The translations under genes were made by a program, and so were the position numbers. Source: Ascoidea asiatica JCM 7603 (lineage: Eukaryota > Fungi > Ascomycota). From it: a stretch of DNA of 64,000 bases. Within the stretch, counting starts at the first letter, position 1. Each line of letters opens with the position of its first letter. The stretch spans positions 714,003 to 778,002 of the forward strand of contig BCKQ01000003.1 of the NCBI GenBank assembly GCA_001600695.1, given 5' to 3'. Below are positions 57,246 to 64,000 of this stretch, in pieces. The notes below the pieces were generated by a model. That model was not told where the DNA came from. It was given only the letters and a program-made list of their open reading frames with translations, and did no database searches.

Positions 57246-57728
57246 ATGTCAGAAAGTAATGAAGAACAAATTATTAAAAATAATAGATTAAAGACTAAAT
57301 TAAAACATTCATTTTCAACAATGATTGAAAAAGCAGCGGCAACAGGTCAATTAATTAAAAATGGATTTAAAAAAACAGGTCAATATACTATAAAAAGTGG
57401 AAAAACTTTATATAAACCAGTTAATGCTATAGTACCTTCAAAACAAACTTTATCAAAATTTGGTAATAATGTTTATAATAAATATCCAACATTATATGAA
57501 GGTTATGGTAGATTACCAAGTCCAAAAACTATTAAAGAAGGAATTTCTGGTTGGTTTAAGAAATATAAAGATTATTGTATTAATTTAATTAGAAAAATTA
57601 CTTCTGGTTCAAAAGGTTTTGCAAGAATTATTTTAGGTTTTATTGTTGCTGAATTAATTGATAATAAAGATTTACATAAAAAAATTGTTGGACATTTTCA
57701 AAAAGGTAATAAAGCAATTCAAGCTTAA
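57246..57728 (+). CDS. Hypothetical basic 160-aa protein, no family recognised
   Basis: Strong AAAATGTC start context, genome-typical A/T-ending codons, non-repetitive sequence, and TATATAAA repeats at ~56806-56835. Confidence 0.65.
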   Translation: MSESNEEQIIKNNRLKTKLKHSFSTMIEKAAATGQLIKNGFKKTGQYTIKSGKTLYKPVNAIVPSKQTLSKFGNNVYNKYPTLYEGYGRLPSPKTIKEGISGWFKKYKDYCINLIRKITSGSKGFARIILGFIVAELIDNKDLHKKIVGHFQKGNKAIQA

Positions 57729-58649
57729 TTTTAAAACAATAATATATTCAATACAATACAATTCAATACAATACAATATATATTCAAGTATATTATATTA
57801 TACTGGAAATAATTCATATACTGTATATTTTCAATCCCTCATATTATAAAAATTTCTTAATTTCGAATTGCATGTTTATTAAAAATTATTGTCAACTTTT
57901 TTCTTATTCTTTTTTCAATCAAAATGATATGATATGATATGATATACGATATACTAAATGTCTGTATAAGTAACTGGTGACTATTTATCCATAATCTATA
58001 ATATGTAAAATCCAAAATCAAAACTTTTTTATCCTTTTTATTCTTCTTATTATTTATTTATCTATTTATTTTAACTTTCTTTTTAATAATTTGAATTTTA
58101 ATGTTATATATTCTTAGTTATGTATTCTTTTATAAAAATTAGTTTATTTAATCCATTTTTTTTGTTCATTTCTTTCTTAACTTATAGTATTTCATTTTTT
58201 ATCAAATATATATAATCATGATTTTTGTTTCTGTCTTTTAATTGAAAATGTCTTACTTACTGCTACTTTGACTTCCTCTCTCTTTTATGTTTCATCACCT
58301 CAGTATCTCTTTTCATGAACATACAGTACATACTCTAATCACATACTTTTTATTGCAAGTTCTGAATTGCTTCGTGATTCAGAAGAAGCAGAAGAAGCAA
58401 AAACACGAAGCAAAAACACGAAACAAAAACAAAAACAGGATACAGGGTATGCGTGGATTACATAAGCACACGTGCAATAACCTTTTTTTATTTTATTTTT
58501 ATTTTTTTGGTTTTATCAACTGAAAAATAAATTTTCATTTTACGCAATCAGATAAAAAACTTGCTGGAATTTTCAAATTTTGGATAGAAGAAGTATTTGA
58601 CATTTCAGACCAACCAAGTAATTAATAATAAGTAAGAATCTATCTCAAA

Positions 58650-59474
58650 ATGGGAGGTTTAGCAGCACAAAAGGTGAAACAACGATTTGGATTAGATCCA
58701 AGAAATACTCATTGGTCTGAAGATGGTGATAGATTTGGTAGTAAACATTTAGAAAAATATGGTTGGAGACCAGGTCAAGGTTTAGGACTTGTTTCAAATT
58801 CAATAACTGCAAATATTAAAATTAATATAAAAGATAATATGGAAGGTTTAGGTAAAAAATCTTCAAAAGTGAATAAAAAATTTTCAAATGGTGAACCTTT
58901 TAATGATGAATGTGCTGGTTTAGATGTATTTCAAAGAATTTTAGGTAAATTAAATGGAAATGAAGATGATATAAATTCAGGTTTAGAACTTCAAACTAAA
59001 CAAAAAATAATAAGTGGTAAATGGGGTATTGATTTTGTAAAAGCAGAAGTTTTAAAAAGTACTTGGGATAGTGAATTAAAGAAATTTATAAGTTATTCTG
59101 GTGAAGGTTCAAAAAATATTAATAAAAAAAAAAGATCTCTTGAGATGGATGGTATAAGGGAAGAAAATTATGATGAAAATATTGATAAAAATAATTCAGA
59201 GAGTACTTCAAAAAAAATTAAGAAATCAAAGAAAGATAAAAAAGATAAAAAAGAAAAGAAAGATAAACATAAAAAAGATAAGAAAGATAAAAAAGAAAAG
59301 AAAAATAAAAATAAAAAAGAAAAAGAAAGAGATGCTTTAATAACGACAAAACCTAAAACTGAAAAATTGATAACTAATGGTAGATTAGCTGCTCGTTCAA
59401 GATTAATAAGACAAAAAAGAGCTGCAACAATGGATCAAAAAGCATTAAATGAAATATTTATGATTGCAAACTAA
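58650..59474 (+). CDS. PXR1: G-patch ribosome biogenesis factor Pxr1/Gno1 (PinX1)
   Basis: MGGLAA.KVKQRFGLDPRNTHW, G-patch (KYGWRPGQGLG), GLDVFQRILGKLNG, KKE/D repeats, terminal D.KALNEIFMI; RRPE-like TGAAAAATAAATTTTCA at 58521 and CACGTG at ~58468. Confidence 0.95.
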   Translation: MGGLAAQKVKQRFGLDPRNTHWSEDGDRFGSKHLEKYGWRPGQGLGLVSNSITANIKINIKDNMEGLGKKSSKVNKKFSNGEPFNDECAGLDVFQRILGKLNGNEDDINSGLELQTKQKIISGKWGIDFVKAEVLKSTWDSELKKFISYSGEGSKNINKKKRSLEMDGIREENYDENIDKNNSESTSKKIKKSKKDKKDKKEKKDKHKKDKKDKKEKKNKNKKEKERDALITTKPKTEKLITNGRLAARSRLIRQKRAATMDQKALNEIFMIAN

Positions 59475-59725
59475 GAGTTTGAATTACTAATTATTACTAA
59501 ATAAGTTTTTTAAAAGCTAATCACCTCCCAAACTTATTTTGTTATTTTTCTAGTATATTATTTTTCCAATTAGGAGGTAATGGTTAATCATTATCGTCAT
59601 TTTTTTTTTTTTTTTTTTTTTTCTCAGAATATATAGATTTAGATTTAGATTTATTTAAATTGAAAACTATTGCATTATAAATAGAATAGATTATTTATTA
59701 ATTCAGTTTTTATTTGAATAAAAAA

Positions 59726-60412
59726 TTATTCAAATAATTTAACCCAATTAAAATATTTAAACCATTTTGGTTCAACAAGAATACAATGTGCATCTGCAAC
59801 TCGTATTACTTTTTCAAATTTATTTAAAGGAACAGTTTCAACATATCCATTAATTATAACTTTTCTACCTTTATTTTCAATAACATTTGCTTTTAAAACT
59901 AAAGTTGAATTAGATTTTATTTTTTCTTTAAAATTAATTTCTAATTTTGCAGTTACTCCTCTTTTACTTGGTAATTTTGAAAATCCACAATAACATAAAC
60001 CTTCATCTAATAATAATGAAATAATTCCATTATGTAAATTATTATCATCATCAATTAAATTTGATCCAATATGATAAAATCCAATTAATGTTCCATATTT
60101 TTTATTTAAAAAATATATTGGATCAAATTCAATTTTATCTTCACCAAATAATAAACCTTGAAATACTTGATTACTTTGATAAGATTTTGGTATAGAAGAA
60201 CTAACTTTTCCAGATTTAAAATCTTTATTTTTTAATAATTGAATATAATCATTTGTATGTTGTATGGAATCTAAAACATCTAATTTATGTTGTTCATGTA
60301 ATGCTTTTGTATTTAAAGATTTATCTGGATTTTCCATTGAAGTATATGTTCCATACCCACCTAAAAATCCTAATGAACTTCCAAGAATTCTCCTTAATAT
60401 AATCCCAGACAT
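59726..60412 (-). CDS. FMP10: HotDog-fold (PaaI/4HBT) thioesterase-like mitochondrial protein, Fmp10-like
   Basis: N-terminal targeting/TM segment; LHNGIISLLLDEGLC, GVTAKLEINF, GRKVIING, LVEPKW. Confidence 0.6.
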   Translation of the reverse strand: MSGIILRRILGSSLGFLGGYGTYTSMENPDKSLNTKALHEQHKLDVLDSIQHTNDYIQLLKNKDFKSGKVSSSIPKSYQSNQVFQGLLFGEDKIEFDPIYFLNKKYGTLIGFYHIGSNLIDDDNNLHNGIISLLLDEGLCYCGFSKLPSKRGVTAKLEINFKEKIKSNSTLVLKANVIENKGRKVIINGYVETVPLNKFEKVIRVADAHCILVEPKWFKYFNWVKLFE

Positions 60413-60745
60413 CTCTTTTCTACTATTATTATTATTGTTATTATTATTATTATTATTATTTTGAAGTCTTTTGAAATAAAACTATTGATAAATTTGATCT
60501 GTTTCATAAAATATTGCTTCATCTATTCAATTTTGATCCTTTCAAATTTAAATCCTCAATACTCAACTTAAGTTTTTTTTGATTTAACTATTGATTATAT
60601 TGCGACTTGCTGCAAATACTGCATACCTGACTAAATAGTAAACCGGAAACAATACTAATAATACTGTTAGTATTAAAATAAATTACTGATGCTGTATAAA
60701 AATATAAGATTGATAGTGAATTTATTGAATTTATAGAAATATATA

Positions 60746-60755
60746 TATATACAAG
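60746..60755 (-). promoter_or_regulatory. Puf3-type element in the 3' UTR of the RRM gene
   Basis: Minus strand CTTGTATATA matches CnUGUAHAUA about 100 nt after the stop. It overlaps a TA repeat, so a chance match is possible. Confidence 0.45.
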
Positions 60756-60856
60756 AATTTTTATTATAAAGAACTTAGTTATATTTAAAATATTTTGTTT
60801 AAAAAAGTTATTTTAAAATATAAAAGTGCAAAAAAAAAAAATTAATTTAAAAAAAA

Positions 60857-61849
60857 TTATTCTTCTTTCTTTGGATTGTTACGTTTAGTGTATTTTCTTG
60901 GCATTTTAGCATAACTTACATCAATAGTAACACCATGAAATTGAGTATTTTTTAAAGATTCAAAAGCACTAACTGCTGCTGATTTCTTTTTAAATTCAAC
61001 ATGAGCCCAATATGGTTTATTTTCTTTTTCTGCAACATCTTTATCTTTAGTTTCAGTTGAAGTAGTTTCAGTTTCAGGAGTTGCTGCAGTTTCAATTGAA
61101 GTAGTAGTATCATCAGTTTTAGGTTTTAAAAAAGTTCTTAAAAATATATTATTAATTTTACCAAAAGGTGAAACAAGATCATAAATTTCAAGATTTGTTG
61201 TTTTATCATCTAATCTACCTAAATATAAAGATTTTTGATAAGGTAAAACTTTAGTTGAATAATCAGAAGGAATATAATTATCATTAATTTTAAGTCTAAC
61301 TTCTCTTAATCTATTAAGAATAATAGTTGTATTTTCAATTGAATCAATTTCAAGTAAAGCAAATTGACGAGTACCTTTACTACCAAAACTTTTACCTAAT
61401 TTTATTGAAGATAAACTTTGAGAAATTTCTGGAGTTAAATATGATTTAATAATTGAATATAAATTTTCTTCAGTAATACTTGGAGGAATATTTGATAAAA
61501 AAATTCTTGAACTTGGAGGATATTTATCTCTTGAAAAATAAACATCAATAGTTTTATCTTCAAGTACTAAATTTCTAAATTCTCTAAAAGCTAAAGAACC
61601 AAAATAAGTATCTCTAAATTGAATAGTAGCTTCATTAGAATTTGGAATTTTTGAAGATTCTTGAACAATTACATCTTCAACATTTCTATAATTTGAAAGA
61701 TAATCTTTTTTTAATTGATCAATAGTAAATGATTTTGGTAAATTTGAAAGATATAAAATACTTGATTTTCTTATATTTGAATTTGAAAAAAAACGATTGA
61801 AAGATAAAGTTGGTTTTAAAGAATTGGTAATTGGTAAAGAACGAAACAT
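60857..61849 (-). CDS. Triple-RRM RNA-binding protein with a putative mitochondrial presequence
   Basis: Three RNP2/RNP1 pairs (LYLSNL..EATIQF; IFLSNI..RQFALLEI; LYLGRL..WAHVEF). The N-terminus is R/K/S/F-rich and has no acidic residues (MFRSLPITNSLKPTLSFNRFFS). Confidence 0.8.
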   Translation of the reverse strand: MFRSLPITNSLKPTLSFNRFFSNSNIRKSSILYLSNLPKSFTIDQLKKDYLSNYRNVEDVIVQESSKIPNSNEATIQFRDTYFGSLAFREFRNLVLEDKTIDVYFSRDKYPPSSRIFLSNIPPSITEENLYSIIKSYLTPEISQSLSSIKLGKSFGSKGTRQFALLEIDSIENTTIILNRLREVRLKINDNYIPSDYSTKVLPYQKSLYLGRLDDKTTNLEIYDLVSPFGKINNIFLRTFLKPKTDDTTTSIETAATPETETTSTETKDKDVAEKENKPYWAHVEFKKKSAAVSAFESLKNTQFHGVTIDVSYAKMPRKYTKRNNPKKEE

Positions 61850-62263
61850 TATGAAAATTAAAGTAGATTATATATATGATATATTGAATTAATTGATTAT
61901 TATACAGTAATTGAATTAAAATATGATATGATAAGTATAAAAACAAATAAATAAACAGATAAATATTTGCATTTGCATTAATAAATAAGTTGCTAAACAA
62001 ATAATTTTACGTTTTCCCAATGAAAATTTTCAGTAAGAGATAAATTTGATAAAAAGCACGTTTTTGTCGAGGTGGAGACCAGAAGTGCGGGTGTGCTGGT
62101 ATTATTAGTATAAACTACGGTTTTTATGGTTATTATGGTTATTATGGTTATATTAGATTAAATTAGATTAAATTAGATTATATATTGAATATTAGGGAAA
62201 TGAATAAATAATTGATAAAATAATAAAAGAAATGATGAAAGAAGTGATGAAAGTGACAAGAAA

Positions 62264-63589
62264 TCATTTGGAAGGATTAATAACGATTTTACCCTTTGCA
62301 GTATTACTAGAAAGTTTCTCAAAAGCTTTTTTATAATCATGTAAATCATAAACACTATCAATGAATATTTTAACTTTACCATTTTGTAACCAATCAATAC
62401 ATTGAATCCAATCATCATTTGTAGGAGAATTACTTATGATTCTATAATTATAAGTTCCATTTTTACCATAAAATAATTTATAAGTTGAAAAAAATTGTCT
62501 GAAAATACTTTTAAAAGATGAAAAAATTATAGACATTACTTTAATTTTTTTATAATTAAATTTATTATCACCAACAATTGTGATATAAATTGAACCTGAA
62601 TTTTGTGGATTAATTAATAAATTATTTAAATAAGGTAATAAATCATTATTACCAACACAATCTAAAATTAAATCAAATTTTAATTTTAAATTTAAAATTG
62701 GAATTGAAATATTTTTAAAATTTTTATAATTAATTGTATTTGAAATTTTTAAAAATTTATTTATAAAAATTTTAGATTCTTCTGAACATACAATTACTAT
62801 ATTTTCAGGTTTTACTTTAATTATATTAATTAAAATTTGAATTGTACAAAGACCAACAGAAGTTGCACCACCAATAATTAAAATTTTTGAATTTTGATTT
62901 AATTTTAAATTTTTATTTTTAAATAAAGCATTTTGACTTGTAGTTATTACAACACCAGAACTACCAATTTCATTAAATGAAATTTTTTTTTCATCAAAAT
63001 TTGTTAAAATTAATTTTGGATCATTATAATCAATTAAGAAATATTTTCTTAAAGCACCATTTGAAGTAAAAGGTACTAAATATATTGAAGTTATATTAAA
63101 ATTATTTTTAAATTTATTAATAAATTCTTTTGAAATATTTTTACCAAATTTTAAAATTTTACCAGAAAAATCTAAAGATATACCTTTTGGAGAATTACCT
63201 AAAATTAATGGACATGCAAGATTTGAAATAACTAAATCTGCTGGATTTAAACCAACAGAATATATTTCAATTAAAATTTTATTTTTAAAATTTATTGGTA
63301 ATGAACCATCATCATTTAAAATTATATCTTCATTAATTAATTCAAAACCTGAATTCCAATTTTTATAAATAACAATTTCATTTTTTAAAATTTTTTTTAT
63401 ATTTTTATTATCTTCTGAAGAAGAATTAACTAAAATTGGAATTGATTCAATAATTTTAGTATCTGAAGAAATTTCGGTTACATTTTTTTGAGCGGATGAA
63501 TTTCCATCTGTAGGAATAATCTTATTACCATCGGTGGTGGTATTGGTTGTACTTGTAGATGTAATTGGAATTATTACTTTGTTATCCAT
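62264..63589 (-). CDS. YIM1: Zn-independent MDR/quinone oxidoreductase-like protein (Yim1/Ast1 family)
   Basis: SVGLNPAD, DFSGKI, ILIIGGATSVG, FDLILDCVG, IDSVY...AFEKLSSNTAKGKIVI. Confidence 0.75.
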   Translation of the reverse strand: MDNKVIIPITSTSTTNTTTDGNKIIPTDGNSSAQKNVTEISSDTKIIESIPILVNSSSEDNKNIKKILKNEIVIYKNWNSGFELINEDIILNDDGSLPINFKNKILIEIYSVGLNPADLVISNLACPLILGNSPKGISLDFSGKILKFGKNISKEFINKFKNNFNITSIYLVPFTSNGALRKYFLIDYNDPKLILTNFDEKKISFNEIGSSGVVITTSQNALFKNKNLKLNQNSKILIIGGATSVGLCTIQILINIIKVKPENIVIVCSEESKIFINKFLKISNTINYKNFKNISIPILNLKLKFDLILDCVGNNDLLPYLNNLLINPQNSGSIYITIVGDNKFNYKKIKVMSIIFSSFKSIFRQFFSTYKLFYGKNGTYNYRIISNSPTNDDWIQCIDWLQNGKVKIFIDSVYDLHDYKKAFEKLSSNTAKGKIVINPSK

Positions 63590-63828
63590 TTTGATCTAAT
63601 GAAAATAATTGGTTGATATTGATGACGATATTCTTAATGATTCTTATAAAATAAAATAAAATATTATAATTTAATTAATTAAAAAGTTTTGAAAATATTA
63701 ATTAATTATCAAATATAATTTCAAAAAATTATTGAATGTCAAACACCTGTCATTTTCAAAATTTTCTGAAAAAAAGATACTTGCAAGCTAGATCAAAAAG
63801 GTCTAAAATTGTTTCGAAAATAACTTCA

Positions 63829-63927
63829 GCCTGGCTAGCGTAATAGTTAACGCGTCTGACTTCTATAAGAATAATATTGTTCAATAAAGTCATCAGAAGA
63901 TTGTGGGTTTGACTCCCACGTCGGTTG
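63829..63927 (+). tRNA. tRNA-Arg(TCT) with a 26-nt intron (63866..63891); degenerate, probable pseudogene
   Basis: D stem GCGT/ACGC, anticodon arm TCTGA-CT TCT A[intron]A-TCAGA, T stem GTGGG/CCCAC, and a T7 terminator at 63932. Defects: D-loop GG is AG, T-loop is TTTGA (C56>T at 63910), and the acceptor stem GCCTGGC/GTCGGTT has a C-T mismatch and three G-U pairs. Confidence 0.85.
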
Positions 63928-64000
63928 CTTATTTTTTTGCTAGTTATTCTGGCTAACAGTCTTAATTGTTACTTAATTAGGTAAGTGTATTTCTTTGAGT

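Noticed and set aside
58250-58350. Several GTATGT/GTAAGT and a GTGATGA box-C-like motif on the minus strand upstream of PXR1
   Set aside because: No matching branch point/exon structure, and no box D with a terminal stem or recognisable rRNA guide.

Overview
Very AT-rich budding-yeast (Saccharomycotina) nuclear DNA with no prokaryotic features, CRISPR array or intact transposon. It holds about 20 protein-coding genes: RPA190 (5'-truncated), CHK1 (intron), D-arabinitol 2-dehydrogenase, YND1-like apyrase, RHB1, an AEC/PILS-family transporter, VPS55 (intron), MPM1-like, FOL1, GAR1, Aquarius/Cwf11, MYO1, MMS1-like, KRE6/SKN1, BUD4, a Rab5 (VPS21-like), a 160-aa orphan, PXR1, an FMP10-like thioesterase, a mitochondrial-looking triple-RRM protein and a YIM1-like reductase. 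The ORF track misses several things. These are an intron-containing tRNA-Met(CAT), a degenerate intron-containing tRNA-Arg(TCT), the first exons of CHK1 and VPS55, and a U3 snoRNA homologue at ~18.33-18.70 kb. The U3 copy has altered boxes and appears to be split inside box A by a spliceosomal-type intron with a perfect TACTAAC but non-canonical ends. CTG codons at comparable positions fit Ser better than Leu, which suggests a CUG-Ser yeast (possibly Ascoidea/Saccharomycopsis-like; this is inference). Base composition alternates in multi-kb domains that ignore gene boundaries, and microsatellites have invaded conserved protein folds. All homology calls come from recalled motifs, not from database searches.
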